A DNA stretch of 36,546 bases from the NCBI GenBank assembly GCA_001779535.1, contig MFKJ01000003.1, positions 1 to 36,546 on the forward strand. The letters run 5' to 3'. Source of the stretch: Candidatus Jorgensenbacteria bacterium RIFCSPHIGHO2_02_FULL_45_20 (GTDB lineage Bacteria; Patescibacteriota; Minisyncoccia; UBA6257; GWB1-50-10). This document shows positions 9,009-20,370 of the stretch, piece by piece. Numbering within the stretch: the stretch's first letter is position 1; the number at the start of each line of letters is the position of its first letter. The notes under the pieces were generated by a model that made no database searches, was not told the DNA's origin, and worked only from the letters and a program-made list of their open reading frames with translations. The translations under genes and the position numbers were made by a program.

Positions 9009-10250
9009 ATGGACACAAAATCATTAACCGCGGCCATCAATCAGATTGCCTCGGAGAAGGGAATATCTCCGGATAAGGTTCTCGCGGCCGTTGAGGTGGC
9101 GATAGCGGTTGCTTATAAAAGGGAGTATAGAAAAAAAACCGAAGTAATCCGCGCCAAATTCGATTTGACTACGGGCGGTATGAATTTCTTCCAGGTCAAG
9201 ACCGTGGTGTCTCCGGATGAGGTGCGGGTAGTAAACGACGCGGAACAAGGTGAATACGAAGAGGAAAAAGGAACCGCGTTAGCGGAAAACAGCGAGGATG
9301 AATCGCTTTTGCCGCGCTATAATTCAGACAAACATATCTTTTTGGAAGAGGCGAAAAAGATAAAACCGGACACAGTGCCAGGAGAAGAAATGGATTTTCC
9401 GCTCGAATCACACGACGATTTCGGAAGAATAGCGGCGCAGACGGCAAAACAAGTCGTGCTTCAAAGTATCAGGGAAGCGGAAAGAAAATCCATACAACAG
9501 GAATTCGTGGGCAAAGAAAGCGAGGTCGTAAGCGGCATTATTCAGCGCTTCGAGAGGGGAAATGTTTACGTTGATTTGGGACGCGCCGTGGGAATCATGT
9601 TCCCGAACGAAAGCATTCCGAGCGAACACTACCGCGTTGGGCAGAGAATGAAGTTTTTCGTACTCGCGGTTCAGGACGATCCGAGGCGTCCGGGAATAGT
9701 GCTTTCGCGCGCGCATCCGAAATTTATCGTTAAACTTTTCGAAACCGAGATTCCGGAAATGGCGGAGGGCGTTGTTGAAATAAAAAACGTAACCCGTGAG
9801 CCGGGAAGCCGCGCCAAAGTCGCGGTTGCCTCGAATAACGAAAGCGTTGACCCCGTAGGCTCGGCCGTAGGCCAGCGCGGTATGAGAGTTATGGCGGTTA
9901 CGAATGAACTGGGTAATGAAAAAGTGGATATCGTCGAATGGTCCGAAGATCCGGAAAATTTCATAGCGAGTTCTCTTTCTCCGGCCAAAGTGAAATCGGT
10001 TGAACTGCTCGCGCGCCGCGAGGCCCGCGTGATTGTCGCCGAAGACCAACTGTCGCTTGCGATAGGAAAAGGAGGGCAGAACGTGCGCCTTGCGGCAAAG
10101 CTCACCGGATGGAAAATAGACGTGCGTTCGCAATCGAATCCCGACGAGGTACAGGAAGGAGGAGTAGCGACCGCGCCGGCGTCTACTGAAACCGTAACGC
10201 CACATGAAGGTTCTTCGGAAACGACAGAAAATAAAAACGTCAAAGAATAA
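9009..10250 (+). CDS. nusA: transcription termination factor NusA
   Basis: [13 protein letters not shown]1 and KH domains ([41 protein letters not shown]); AAGGAG upstream. Confidence 0.98.
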   Translation: MDTKSLTAAINQIASEKGISPDKVLAAVEVAIAVAYKREYRKKTEVIRAKFDLTTGGMNFFQVKTVVSPDEVRVVNDAEQGEYEEEKGTALAENSEDESLLPRYNSDKHIFLEEAKKIKPDTVPGEEMDFPLESHDDFGRIAAQTAKQVVLQSIREAERKSIQQEFVGKESEVVSGIIQRFERGNVYVDLGRAVGIMFPNESIPSEHYRVGQRMKFFVLAVQDDPRRPGIVLSRAHPKFIVKLFETEIPEMAEGVVEIKNVTREPGSRAKVAVASNNESVDPVGSAVGQRGMRVMAVTNELGNEKVDIVEWSEDPENFIASSLSPAKVKSVELLARREARVIVAEDQLSLAIGKGGQNVRLAAKLTGWKIDVRSQSNPDEVQEGGVATAPASTETVTPHEGSSETTENKNVKE

Positions 10251-10263
10251 TTTTTCAATACCT

Positions 10264-12237
10264 ATGCATTATTTAATTTTTGTTCCGGTTTGCGTAGCGA
10301 TTTTATACGCGGGGTATCTTATCAAGTGGCTTTCAAAACAGTCGTCCGGTAACGACAGAATGGTTGAAATTTCAAAAGCCATTCAGGCGGGGTCCAGGGC
10401 GTATCTTGACCGCCAATATAAAACGGTGGGTATCGTGGCGGCGGCTCTTTTCGTTTTGATAGCGATATTTTTGGGTTGGGTTACGGCGCTGGGATTTTTA
10501 GTCGGCTCGGTTATGTCGGCTGTGGCGGGATACATAGGAATGAATGTTTCGGTGAGGGCAAACTCAAAAACGGCGGAAGCCGCGAGAGGCGGTCTTAAGC
10601 CGGCGCTTTCGCTTGCGTTCAAAGCAGGGGCCGTAACGGGGCTTCTTGTCGTAGCGCTGGGTCTGCTCGCGGTCGCCGGATTTTATTTCCTGTCCGGGGC
10701 GCAGACAGGAGCGCTTGTGGGACTCGGGTTTGGCGCGAGCTTAATTTCTATTTTCGCGCGTCTCGGCGGAGGAATTTTCACCAAAGCGGCCGATGTCGGA
10801 ACGGATATCGTCGGGAAAATAGAAGCAGGGATACCGGAAGACGACCCGAGAAACCCTGGAGTCATAGCCGACAACGTTGGCGACAATGTGGGCGACTGCG
10901 CGGGAATGGCGGCAGACCTTTTTGAAACGTACGCGGTAACCCTGGCCGCTTCCATAATCATTGGCGCGGCGGCAACTTATTCCGGAATCAATCTCCTGTT
11001 TCCGTTTATCATCGGCGGGCTTGCGATTATCGCATCCGTCATCGGAATATTTTTCGTCAAACTCGGCAAGAGCGGGGATATTATGAAGGCGCTGTACCGC
11101 GGACTTGTCGCGTCGCTTGTCGCGTCGGCGGTGCTGTTTTTTATAACGTCAAAAATATATTTCGGCGCGGGCTATATAAAAATATTTATACCCGCATTGA
11201 TAGGACTCGCGGTAACGGTGTTGATGGTTGTAATAACCGATTACTACACAGCCAAAAAGTACCGTCCGGTAAAAAGCATAGCCGAGGCGTCGAATTCCGG
11301 GCACGGCACTAACGTAATTTTGGGGCTTTCCGTGGGGATGGAAGCCACATTCGCTCCGATAATAGTTATTGTTCTCGGGATACTTGGCGCGTACGCAACC
11401 TCCGGAATATACGGCGTAGCGATAGCGGCAGTATCAATGCTTTCGGTTTCGGGGATGATAGTCGCGATTGATTCGTTCGGACCGGTAACGGATAACGCGG
11501 GCGGAATAGCGGAGATGTCGAACGCGCCGGAGGACGTAAGAAAAATCACGGACGCGCTGGACGCGGTGGGGAATACCACGAAAGCGGTAACGAAAGGATA
11601 CGCGATAGCTTCAGCCGGGTTCGCGGCGCTCGTTCTTTTTGCCGGATACGCCGAGGGCTTTTTAGTAAAAGGCGGGAGCGTAAATTTTGACCTTCAAGAC
11701 CCGTATGTTTTAATAGGGCTTTTTATCGGCGGAGCCGTACCGTATCTTTTCGGGTCTATGGTTATGAAATCAGTCGGAAAAGCGGCGGGAACCATAGTTA
11801 CCGAGATAAGAAGGCAATTCAGGGAAATAAAAGGAATTATGGACGGAACGGCGAAGCCGGAATACGGTAAGGCGGTGGATATAGTCACGAAAGCCGCGCT
11901 TCGTGAAATGATTGTGCCGGCGATTTTGCCTATCGCGGCGGTTTTGATAGTCGGGTTCGCGCTTGGATACAAAGCCCTCGGGGGGCTACTTATTGGAACG
12001 ATTATATCCGGACTTTTTGTGGCGCTTTCAATGACCTCGGGCGGAGCGGCATGGGACAACGCGAAAAAATACATTGAAGACGGCAATTTCGGCGGTAAGG
12101 GTTCGGACGCGCACAAAGCGGCAATTACGGGAGACACGGTTGGCGACCCCTATAAGGACACGGCAGGCCCTGCGATAAATCCGCTTATCAAAGTTATAAA
12201 TATAGTTGCCCTGCTTATTGTTCCGTTTTTGCTTTAG
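10264..12237 (+). CDS. hppA: membrane-bound proton-translocating pyrophosphatase, K+-independent type
   Basis: [58 protein letters not shown]; GNTTKA carries the Lys of K+-independent enzymes; start set at MHYLIF after the nusA stop. Confidence 0.96.
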   Translation: MHYLIFVPVCVAILYAGYLIKWLSKQSSGNDRMVEISKAIQAGSRAYLDRQYKTVGIVAAALFVLIAIFLGWVTALGFLVGSVMSAVAGYIGMNVSVRANSKTAEAARGGLKPALSLAFKAGAVTGLLVVALGLLAVAGFYFLSGAQTGALVGLGFGASLISIFARLGGGIFTKAADVGTDIVGKIEAGIPEDDPRNPGVIADNVGDNVGDCAGMAADLFETYAVTLAASIIIGAAATYSGINLLFPFIIGGLAIIASVIGIFFVKLGKSGDIMKALYRGLVASLVASAVLFFITSKIYFGAGYIKIFIPALIGLAVTVLMVVITDYYTAKKYRPVKSIAEASNSGHGTNVILGLSVGMEATFAPIIVIVLGILGAYATSGIYGVAIAAVSMLSVSGMIVAIDSFGPVTDNAGGIAEMSNAPEDVRKITDALDAVGNTTKAVTKGYAIASAGFAALVLFAGYAEGFLVKGGSVNFDLQDPYVLIGLFIGGAVPYLFGSMVMKSVGKAAGTIVTEIRRQFREIKGIMDGTAKPEYGKAVDIVTKAALREMIVPAILPIAAVLIVGFALGYKALGGLLIGTIISGLFVALSMTSGGAAWDNAKKYIEDGNFGGKGSDAHKAAITGDTVGDPYKDTAGPAINPLIKVINIVALLIVPFLL

Positions 12238-12273
12238 GCCATTGCGCGCTTTTACTTGACTCCGCGGTTTTAT

Positions 12274-12753
12274 ATGGAAAAGAAAAATATCATAGATAAA
12301 ATTATCGAAAAACTCGAGAAGGAAATCGAAATTCTTGACGAGGCAGTCGGCTCAATACATCACGCGAGTGTTGAAGCTCCGGGGGCTATGCAGTCGCACA
12401 GCGACACATCGAAATTTCAAAACAAGACATCCGAAGAAAATACAATATTAGCGCTGAATACAAAAAAACAGGAACTCACCGCGATAAAAAATATTCCGGT
12501 TACGGAAAAACCGACCGAAGCGCGGATAGGCGCATGTGTTTTGGTTGACGACAGCGGGATAGAAAAAAGATTTATCATTCTTCCCGGAGGAGCGGGTATA
12601 GAAGCATGGGACAGCGAGACGTTTGACTGCTATACGGCGATAACTCCGGACTCGCCGCTCGGCAAAGCGCTTGTTGGAAAACGCGAAGGGAGTATCGCGA
12701 TGGCAAAAATTGGTTCAAAAGAGAAAAAATTGTCGGTGAAAAAAGTTTGGTGA
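12274..12753 (+). CDS. GreA/GreB-like elongation factor family protein
   Basis: N-terminal coiled coil, C-terminal RIGACV...ITPDSPLGKALVGKREG. Confidence 0.75.
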   Translation: MEKKNIIDKIIEKLEKEIEILDEAVGSIHHASVEAPGAMQSHSDTSKFQNKTSEENTILALNTKKQELTAIKNIPVTEKPTEARIGACVLVDDSGIEKRFIILPGGAGIEAWDSETFDCYTAITPDSPLGKALVGKREGSIAMAKIGSKEKKLSVKKVW

Positions 12754-12881
12754 GCTGATATTGACGTAAAATCAGCGTAGTGTTGTGGTATTTTTTGGCT
12801 TGTTATTTTAAGCGTTTGTGTTGTAACCTGAATCGGCAGTTATTTATTTTTAGTAGTACTTTTAAAAGGAGGATTCGTAAT

Positions 12882-13229
12882 ATGCGGAAAGCGATTAGAA
12901 TTCTGATTAAAATCAGAAAATTCATGGTTATTCTGCGACTTCGCCGTAAGGTGGTTGCTCTAAAGGGGGAGCACTCTATTGCAAACCACCCGGGGATGGT
13001 TGAAAAATTTATCTCGGCCTATGTTGGGCGTAGAAAAATACGCATCGATGTGGGTATGAGCCCGGCGATAAGAGATGCCGGTGAGGATATAAAATATCAC
13101 AGCGTAGCGGCGAAAATAATTTCGTTAGACCCTATGCTGATGGGCGTATCGGCCACCGTGGAGATAAATAAGCAAACATATGTTTGCATAATTTATCCTC
13201 TTGGTGGTGCGTATTTGATAAAACAATAG
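12882..13229 (+). CDS. hypothetical protein
   Basis: ORF track 12780..13229; AGGAGG RBS favours the ATG at 12882; followed by a terminator. Confidence 0.6.
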   Translation: MRKAIRILIKIRKFMVILRLRRKVVALKGEHSIANHPGMVEKFISAYVGRRKIRIDVGMSPAIRDAGEDIKYHSVAAKIISLDPMLMGVSATVEINKQTYVCIIYPLGGAYLIKQ

Positions 13230-13257
13230 ACCCGCTACAAGCGGGTCTTCAACTTTT
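13228..13257. terminator. hairpin between convergent genes
   Basis: agacccgc-tacaa-gcgggtct. Confidence 0.65.
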
Positions 13258-13707
13258 CTAATCAATCTTTATCTTCAATTTCTTTGCTTTCCGTTTTTCA
13301 AGCTTCGGCATTCTGACTATCAGAACGCCGTTTTTCAAAACCGCAGTAGAGTGTTCGGAGTCAACTTCAGAGGGGAGTATTATCGAGCGCGAGAACTTGC
13401 CCCAAAAACATTCCTGGTAAAAATAATCCTTGTCGTTTATCTCTTCTTTACGCGCGCGATGGCCGTGTATGGTAATTGACTCGTTGGTTATGTTTATATC
13501 GAGGTCGTCCGGTTCCACGCCCGCGACGGTTGATTGCACGACTATGTCGTTTTCCGTCTGGTACACGTCAACCGTAAGTTGTCCTTCCATTTCACTTTCG
13601 GCGTCAAACGGGTTTAGAGACGACTCAACCGCGATAGGCACCGGCTCGGATTTAACTTTCGCGAGCTCCATAAAAATATCCTTTGAATTTGTTTTATCGT
13701 TATTCAT
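13258..13707 (-). CDS. small heat shock protein (Hsp20/alpha-crystallin)
   Basis: VDVYQT, AGVEPDDLDI, ECFWGKFSRSIILP, AVLKNGVL. Confidence 0.93.
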   Translation of the reverse strand: MNNDKTNSKDIFMELAKVKSEPVPIAVESSLNPFDAESEMEGQLTVDVYQTENDIVVQSTVAGVEPDDLDINITNESITIHGHRARKEEINDKDYFYQECFWGKFSRSIILPSEVDSEHSTAVLKNGVLIVRMPKLEKRKAKKLKIKID

Positions 13708-13731
13708 ATTTTAAGTATAACACAGGAACAT

Positions 13732-14439
13732 TTATTTTCCGGCGGAAACCCGGATTGTTTTCAATTTCTCGAAATTCCAGAGGACGATGAATAAAATCAC
13801 GACAAGGAACGCGCTCGGATATATGAGCATATCGGCGTTCTGGAAATAAATAATCAGGCGGTTGAAAAAGGCGTGCACGACCGAAGCGAGAATTATTCCG
13901 AAAACAGCGTAAGCGGCTTCGCGCTTTTTCATTATTCCCTTTGCCCAATAATATCCGGCCATTCCGGAAGCGAGCGTGTGAAGCAATGTAGCTCCGACAA
14001 AGCGTATCAGGGCGGTTTCGGTAAGAGACATAATCGGATTCAGACCTCCTGCCATTATGGAGTTCGTAACCACAAATATGTTTTCGACCGTGGCGAATCC
14101 GAGCGCCGCCGCTATCATATAAATCATGGCGTCAACCGGCTCATCAAACGCCTCGTCTTTTCTCACGGTTTTGTACGCCGCTAAGAATTTAAACAACTCT
14201 TCCGCGAAAGCGAATAGCAGAAGAAAAACAAAATAATTTTCCTGTTTGCTTGAAATAGCGTTTTGAACGGCGTACTGGATGATAAAAACAATTGCGCTCA
14301 CGAATACTCCCGCGCTGAAGGCAAAAACCAGCATCCGTTTCGGTTCCGGGTGGCGGTCTTCCTTCTGAAATATGAAAAGCCACACGAGTGCCGGAACGCA
14401 GGCGGTGAAAAATGCCGTGAAAAATAATAATAAAGTCAT
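13732..14439 (-). CDS. prsW: PrsW family intramembrane metalloprotease
   Basis: DRHPEP, AEELFK, LGFATVEN, LLH and HAFFN motifs; multiple TM helices. Confidence 0.88.
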   Translation of the reverse strand: MTLLLFFTAFFTACVPALVWLFIFQKEDRHPEPKRMLVFAFSAGVFVSAIVFIIQYAVQNAISSKQENYFVFLLLFAFAEELFKFLAAYKTVRKDEAFDEPVDAMIYMIAAALGFATVENIFVVTNSIMAGGLNPIMSLTETALIRFVGATLLHTLASGMAGYYWAKGIMKKREAAYAVFGIILASVVHAFFNRLIIYFQNADMLIYPSAFLVVILFIVLWNFEKLKTIRVSAGK

Positions 14440-16697
14440 GAATTTTCCTGAATATTTTCAACCATCAAAAACTCTTTTTTGTCCGTAATAGATAAACGCT
14501 GGTAAATTTCTTCTGTTACGAACGGCACAAAAGGGTGTAGGAGCTTGAGCGATTCCAAAAAAACAAAAGACAAAACCGAAACGGTGAATTTTGCCGTTGA
14601 ATTGCTTTCTGTTTGTAGTTTCGCGGATTCTATGTATGAATCGCAAAAATCATGCCAGAAAAAGTCGTAGAGTTCGTGAAGCACTTTTGAAAACTCAAAT
14701 GATTCAATGCCGCGAGCCGAACTTGTCTTTGCGCGCATAAGGGAATCCATTATTTTTTTGTCCGCCTCCGTGCGCGCCTCCGGCTCCCGGGCGGCGGATA
14801 CGGGAAAATCACCGATTTTTTGGGAAACAAACCTGCCGGCATTCCATATTTTGTTCAGAAATTTTCTTCCGGCGGCAACCGCGCTCTCGTCCCACCGGAT
14901 ATCCTGTCCGCTTGCCTGCCATATCACGCCGAACCGAGTCGCGTCCGCCCCGTATTCATTTATGTATTTTAACGGGTCTATGCCCGTGCCGAGCGATTTC
15001 GACATCCGCTTTCCGTCTTTGGTCAAAACCGTTCCATGAACCAGTATGTTTTTAAATGGAACGGCTCCCATAAACTCGATTCCGGAAAATATCATTCGTG
15101 TGTCCCAAAGATTCAAAATGTCGCGCGCGTTCGCGACAAGGTCTCCGGGATAATAATTTTTTCTGTCTTTTTCCGACAGTCCCGCGAACGGCCAGAGCGC
15201 CGACGAAAACCAGGTATCTAATACATCAGGGGATTGTTCCATTTCGCAATTTTTACAAAACGGACACTCTTTCGGTTTTTCTATTGAAACAACGAAGTTA
15301 TCCGCGTTTTGGATTTTGTTATTTGAATTTTGAGCTTGTTTAGAAATTAGAACTTCGGATTTTGAAACTTCTTCCTGTTTATTTTTACAAAAATAAACAG
15401 GAAGCCGGTGCCCCCACCATATTTGGCGCGAAACCGTCCAATCCCTTATATTTTCGAGCCACGCGGTATACGGTTTTTCGAAATTTTCGGGGTTTATTTT
15501 TACACTCCCGCTTTTTACCGCATCAAGCGCGGTTTTCGCAAGCGGCTCCATTTTAAGGAACCATTGCTTTGAAGGAATCGGCTCTATAGCGTGAGCGCAT
15601 CTGTAGCACACGGAAACGTTATGAACATACAGCTCTTCTTTTTGAAGAAGGCCGGTCGCTTTCAAGTCCTCGACAATTTTCGCGCGGGCATCCGAGGTTT
15701 TCATTCCCGCGTATTTGCCGGCTAATTCATTCATCCGTCCGCGTTCGTCTATAACTTGGACAAGCGGAAGGTTGTGGCGCGAACCGATTTCAAAATCGGT
15801 GAGATCGTGCGCGGGGGTTACTTTAACGACTCCGGTGCCGAATTCGACATCCACCGCCTCGTCGGCTACAACTGATATTTTGTTTTTCTTCTTTGACGGC
15901 GCGTCAAGAGCGCCTTCGGTGGAAAGGGACTCAATTTCAATTTCCTTGCCGACGTATTTTTCGTATCGCTTGTCGCGCGGATTAACCGCGAGTCCGGTGT
16001 CTCCGAATTTTGTTTCCGGGCGCGTCGTGGCAAGCGTGAACGGACCGTAGGTTATGTAATAAAGCGTGGTTGTTTCTTCTTTGTATTCGAGTTCAAGATC
16101 GGACAAGCTTGTTTCACACCTCGGACACCAGCTCACTGTGCGATATCCGCGGTATAAGAGTCCCTTTTTGTAGTAACGGACGAATGCCCCGAGCACGTCT
16201 TTCGAATATGCTTCGTCCATAGTGAATCGCGTTCTTGACCAGTCGCAGGAGATGCCAAGTTTTTTCAATTGTTCGTAGATGATTCCGCCGTATTCTTTTT
16301 TCCATTCCCATACCCTTTGTGTAAACTTTTCACGTCCAAGTTCAAAACGGCTGGTATTTTCTTTTTTAAGCTGTTTTTCCACGACGTACTGGGTTGCTAT
16401 TCCGGCGTGGTCCGTGCCGGGAAGCCACAATGTACGGAAACCCTTCATTCTGTAATGGCGGATAAGAATGTCCGGAGCCGTATTATCAAGAACGTGCCCT
16501 ATATGAAGCGTGCCTGTGATGTTAGGCAGAGGCATATAAACCACGTATTTTTTTTGAGTATCGCTATCGGGTTTGGTACCCGCCAACCCGGCTAACTTGT
16601 CCGGATTAAAATAACCGGATTCTTCCCATTGTTTGTATACGCGTGCTTCAGTATCCTTTGGATTGTAAGCTCCTGAAATTGGTTCCATAAATTCCAT
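14436..16697 (-). CDS. valS: valine--tRNA ligase (short form, no C-terminal coiled coil)
   Basis: PNITGTLHIGH, LPGTDHAGIATQ, GTGVVKVTPAHD, SRQIWWGH, DVLDTWFSS, RMSKS; start at 16697 or 16688 rather than 16805. Confidence 0.96.
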   Translation of the reverse strand: MEFMEPISGAYNPKDTEARVYKQWEESGYFNPDKLAGLAGTKPDSDTQKKYVVYMPLPNITGTLHIGHVLDNTAPDILIRHYRMKGFRTLWLPGTDHAGIATQYVVEKQLKKENTSRFELGREKFTQRVWEWKKEYGGIIYEQLKKLGISCDWSRTRFTMDEAYSKDVLGAFVRYYKKGLLYRGYRTVSWCPRCETSLSDLELEYKEETTTLYYITYGPFTLATTRPETKFGDTGLAVNPRDKRYEKYVGKEIEIESLSTEGALDAPSKKKNKISVVADEAVDVEFGTGVVKVTPAHDLTDFEIGSRHNLPLVQVIDERGRMNELAGKYAGMKTSDARAKIVEDLKATGLLQKEELYVHNVSVCYRCAHAIEPIPSKQWFLKMEPLAKTALDAVKSGSVKINPENFEKPYTAWLENIRDWTVSRQIWWGHRLPVYFCKNKQEEVSKSEVLISKQAQNSNNKIQNADNFVVSIEKPKECPFCKNCEMEQSPDVLDTWFSSALWPFAGLSEKDRKNYYPGDLVANARDILNLWDTRMIFSGIEFMGAVPFKNILVHGTVLTKDGKRMSKSLGTGIDPLKYINEYGADATRFGVIWQASGQDIRWDESAVAAGRKFLNKIWNAGRFVSQKIGDFPVSAAREPEARTEADKKIMDSLMRAKTSSARGIESFEFSKVLHELYDFFWHDFCDSYIESAKLQTESNSTAKFTVSVLSFVFLESLKLLHPFVPFVTEEIYQRLSITDKKEFLMVENIQENS

Positions 16698-16777
16698 TAT
16701 ATCCGCATATGGGGCAAGAAATGAAGATGCCTGACCTGCCTTGCGCGACGGCAAGGCAAAATGGTATAGGTGAATCA

Positions 16778-17830
16778 ATGAGAATACTTGGAATCGAAAC
16801 ATCATGTGATGAAACCGCTATAGCGCTCGTGGATGCGTTCGGGCGCTTGCGCGCTCCGCGCTTCAAAATTATCGTTGCGGAGATTTCTTCGCAGATAGAA
16901 GTCCACAGGCCGTTTGGCGGGGTTGTGCCGAATTTAGCCAAAAGAGAGCACCTGAAAAACATCCCGTTTTTGTATCAGAATATTATTCGAAATTCAATCC
17001 ATGAACCGGCGGACGAAATTCAAAATTCTTTGGATGCCATAGCCGTTACAGTCGGACCCGGACTTGAACCGGCGCTCTGGACGGGAATAAATTTCGCTAA
17101 AGACCTGTACGAAAAACTGAAAAAAGAAAACAAGAATCTGAAAATCATCGGAGTCAATCACCTGGAGGGACATCTTTTCAGCTTTTTATTGCCTCAAAAG
17201 GCAAAAAACATAAAACTCAAAAATGTTTTTCCTGCAGTTGCGCTGATTGTCTCCGGAGGACACACGATTCTTCTTAAAATGGATTCGCTCGAAAAGTGGA
17301 AAAAAATAGGGGAGACGAAAGATGATGCCGTAGGCGAGTCGTTTGATAAAGTAGCAAAGATGCTCGAGCTTCCGTATCCGGGTGGGCCTGAAATAGAGCT
17401 CCTCGCGGCGAAAGGCGACTGCCGAGCGATACTCTTCCCTCGTCCGATGATAAATTCGAAAAATTACGATTTCAGTTTTTCCGGCTTGAAAACATCGGTT
17501 TTATATTATACGCGCGATCATAAAAACGCGCGTAAGGCGGATGTCGCCGCGAGTTTTGAAGAAGCCGCCCTTGACGCGCTTGTGAAAAAAACCGGACGCG
17601 CGGCGAAAGAATTCGCCGCGCGAAGCATTCTCCTTTCCGGCGGAGTCGCCGCAAACAAAAAACTCCACCTTAAATTAAAAGCCGTAAGCCGCGAATTACA
17701 CGTTAATTTTTTCGCCCCTCCTATAAAATTCAATACAGACAATGCCGTTATGATAGCGGGCGCGGGGTATATGGCGCACCTCCGGAAGAAAAACAGGCGG
17801 CTTACGGCTAACGGTAGCTTGGACATATAA
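16778..17830 (+). CDS. tsaD: tRNA N6-threonylcarbamoyltransferase
   Basis: MRILGIETSCDET, VGPGL, NHLEGH, VSGGHT, DDAVGESFDK, FSFSGLKT, TDNAVMIA. Confidence 0.98.
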   Translation: MRILGIETSCDETAIALVDAFGRLRAPRFKIIVAEISSQIEVHRPFGGVVPNLAKREHLKNIPFLYQNIIRNSIHEPADEIQNSLDAIAVTVGPGLEPALWTGINFAKDLYEKLKKENKNLKIIGVNHLEGHLFSFLLPQKAKNIKLKNVFPAVALIVSGGHTILLKMDSLEKWKKIGETKDDAVGESFDKVAKMLELPYPGGPEIELLAAKGDCRAILFPRPMINSKNYDFSFSGLKTSVLYYTRDHKNARKADVAASFEEAALDALVKKTGRAAKEFAARSILLSGGVAANKKLHLKLKAVSRELHVNFFAPPIKFNTDNAVMIAGAGYMAHLRKKNRRLTANGSLDI

Positions 17831-17892
17831 CGCGCATATAAATACTGCGCGGCTTGCGGCGCGGCGCGTCTCTCTGATATATTTCATTACGT

Positions 17893-18285
17893 ATGATACA
17901 GCCGCTTTTTATATTGAGTGATTTTACGTTTCTGATATTGAGAATCGTGTTTGGAATTATTGCGGCGCGCTCGGGAATTTCAGTAATTAAGGCGAGCCGC
18001 GGCACGGACGCGAACAATTTCGCTAAAGTTCTCGGAGCGGCGAGCGTCGCGTTCGGAATGTGCGTTGTTTTTGGGTTTCTCACGCAGCTTTTCGCTTTTT
18101 TGTCAGCCGTGTTGTTTGTCGTTTCGTTTTTTATTAAATACCCGTTGGATACCCCCAAACTCCAATTTGTGAAAACGGGAAGCGCCGACTTCATTATTTT
18201 ATTTTTTGCCGCGGCGCTCGTCATTATGTCCGTGGGCGGCGGGGCATTAACCGCCGACAAGTTTTTCAGGATATTCCTTTACTGA
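17893..18285 (+). CDS. DoxX-like membrane protein
   Basis: LILRIVFG, GFLTQLFA, GGGALTAD; about 4 hydrophobic helices. Confidence 0.65.
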   Translation: MIQPLFILSDFTFLILRIVFGIIAARSGISVIKASRGTDANNFAKVLGAASVAFGMCVVFGFLTQLFAFLSAVLFVVSFFIKYPLDTPKLQFVKTGSADFIILFFAAALVIMSVGGGALTADKFFRIFLY

Positions 18286-18290
18286 TAAAT

Positions 18291-19790
18291 ATGATAAGAC
18301 GTTTTGCCGAAGCGGCTCCGGGAATAGCGGCGTGGTTCACTCTCTTGGTACTGGTTTTATTTTCGTGGAAATTACCAGTTTGGGTTGTTTTTTTCATCGT
18401 TCTTTACGACCTGTTTTGGTTCCTTAAAATCGTCTATTTATCTTTTTATCTAAGGTACTCATTCAATAAAATGCGTAAGTATATGAAAATTGACTGGAGC
18501 GCTAAACTTGCGAAAGAGAAAGGGGAGGAAAGCAAAAAAATAAAGCATCTTATAATTCTGCCGGCGCTTCATGAGCCGTACGAGACAGTTTTTAGATGTT
18601 TAGACAATTTATCGCGCATGCGGTACCGGCTTAAAGACATGTTTGTAATTTTAGCGCTCGAAGAACGCGGCGGGAGCAAAGATATGGAGGTGGGAAAAAA
18701 AATAGAGGAAAAATTCGGCAACACCTTCGGTAAATTTCTCATAACCATGCATCCGGATAAAATTCCAGGCGAACTAGCCGGCAAAGGCGCGAATGATACT
18801 TGGGCGGCGAAACAAGCGGTCGGAAAAATCATCGACACCGGCGCAATCCCGCGCGAAAACGTTATTGTTTCCACATTCGACATTGATACGATTCCCGGAC
18901 ATGAATACTTCTCGCTTTTAACCTACAAGTTTTTAACTGTCCAGAAGCCGGAACGTTCGAGTTACCAGCCGATTCCGGTTTACACGAATAATTTTTACAA
19001 TGTTCCGGTTTTCGCGCGGCTTGTCGGTTTTTCCGGAATGTTTTGGCAAATAATGCAACAGGGACGGCCGGAACAAAACGTTACTTTTTCTTCGCACTCG
19101 ATGCCTCTCCAGGCGCTTATCGAGGTCGGATATTGGAATAGGGGTATTGTATCTGAAGATTCGCGGATATTTTTCCAATGTCTTTTGCATTACGGCGGCG
19201 ACTGGAAAGTCGAGCCGCTCTTTTATCCTGTTTATATGGACGCGGTGGAAGGGACGGGCTTCTGGAACGCGCTCAGGAATTTGTACAGGCAACAGAGACG
19301 ATGGGCGTGGGGAGTTGAAAACCTTGGGTACATCGCGGAAGAGTTCACTAAAAAGACAGATAAGAAACCAGTTCCGCTAAGACAAAAACTTTTTTGGCTA
19401 TGGCATAATTTCGAAGGCAAATACTCGTGGGCGACAAGTTCTTTTGTGATTTTCTTCTTTGGGTGGCTTCCGAATATACTAGGCGGGGATGCTTTTCAGA
19501 TGACTATATTTTCGTACAATCTTCCGGAATTTACGGGTAACATTATACGTGTGGCGACTATAGGCATAGCATCTTCCGCGTTTTTAAGCATGTTTTTCAT
19601 TCCCGGCAGATCCGGCGGGGTTTCAAAGAAACAGAGATTACTTTATTTATTGCAGTGGGCGCTTACACCGCTTACGCTTATGGCATTCAGCGGCGCCCCG
19701 GCGCTTGATGCTTTAACGAGAACGGTTTTAGGCGGGAAATACAGATTGGGATTCTGGAAAACACCAAAGTCGGTAAATGCGGTAGAATGA
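18291..19790 (+). CDS. membrane glycosyltransferase family 2 (processive type)
   Basis: DID, SED and QQRRW motifs, with N- and C-terminal TM helices. Confidence 0.85.
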   Translation: MIRRFAEAAPGIAAWFTLLVLVLFSWKLPVWVVFFIVLYDLFWFLKIVYLSFYLRYSFNKMRKYMKIDWSAKLAKEKGEESKKIKHLIILPALHEPYETVFRCLDNLSRMRYRLKDMFVILALEERGGSKDMEVGKKIEEKFGNTFGKFLITMHPDKIPGELAGKGANDTWAAKQAVGKIIDTGAIPRENVIVSTFDIDTIPGHEYFSLLTYKFLTVQKPERSSYQPIPVYTNNFYNVPVFARLVGFSGMFWQIMQQGRPEQNVTFSSHSMPLQALIEVGYWNRGIVSEDSRIFFQCLLHYGGDWKVEPLFYPVYMDAVEGTGFWNALRNLYRQQRRWAWGVENLGYIAEEFTKKTDKKPVPLRQKLFWLWHNFEGKYSWATSSFVIFFFGWLPNILGGDAFQMTIFSYNLPEFTGNIIRVATIGIASSAFLSMFFIPGRSGGVSKKQRLLYLLQWALTPLTLMAFSGAPALDALTRTVLGGKYRLGFWKTPKSVNAVE

Positions 19791-19828
19791 AAAGTATCGC
19801 GCCGCAGGCGGCGCGATACAGAAAAAAT

Positions 19829-20365
19829 ATGACGGAATACGTTTCAAAAGCAATAGCGCTGGGAGTTTATTTGCGTTCCGAGAAAGATAAAGAGGTGTCA
19901 TTTTTTTCCGAAAAGCTGGGAAAATTTAAAGCAACTCTTGTAAGTGGCGCGAAAATAACATCGAAGTTTTCACAGCACTGCGATGTATTGAATTGCGTTG
20001 AAACGCGTGTTGTTTATAAAAGCAGGTTTACCGTTACCGACGTGCTTTTAGTGAACAGATTTCCGCTGGTTCGCGGGAATATACCAATGCTCAAGCGCGC
20101 TATCATGCTCGCGCACTTTTTGGATAAAAACATGCCCGATTCCGTTCCGGACGCCGTTTTTTGGCATAACTTGTATTCCGGTCTTGATAACGGAATTATT
20201 GACTTTCACAAACATCTTGCGCGCCTGGGGTACGACGCGGAGCACGCTTCGTGTTTTATGTGCAAGTCGCGGAACATAAAAGCGTTTTCGTTCCAAACGC
20301 AGGATTTCCTGTGCGAGGCGTGCGGTTTCAAAATGCGGGGAAATGAAATAGTATTAAATATATAA
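19829..20365 (+). CDS. recO: DNA repair protein RecO
   Basis: OB-fold start (EKDKEVSFFSEKLGK...GAKITSK), LARLGY, CxxC...CxxC zinc finger. Confidence 0.8.
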   Translation: MTEYVSKAIALGVYLRSEKDKEVSFFSEKLGKFKATLVSGAKITSKFSQHCDVLNCVETRVVYKSRFTVTDVLLVNRFPLVRGNIPMLKRAIMLAHFLDKNMPDSVPDAVFWHNLYSGLDNGIIDFHKHLARLGYDAEHASCFMCKSRNIKAFSFQTQDFLCEACGFKMRGNEIVLNI

Positions 20366-20370
20366 TTTTT

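Noticed and set aside
16698-16805. Apparent overlap of valS and tsaD N-termini
   Set aside because: An artefact of longest-ORF starts; motif-based starts (16697/16688 and 16778) leave a normal divergent gap containing a tgccttgc/gcaaggca hairpin.
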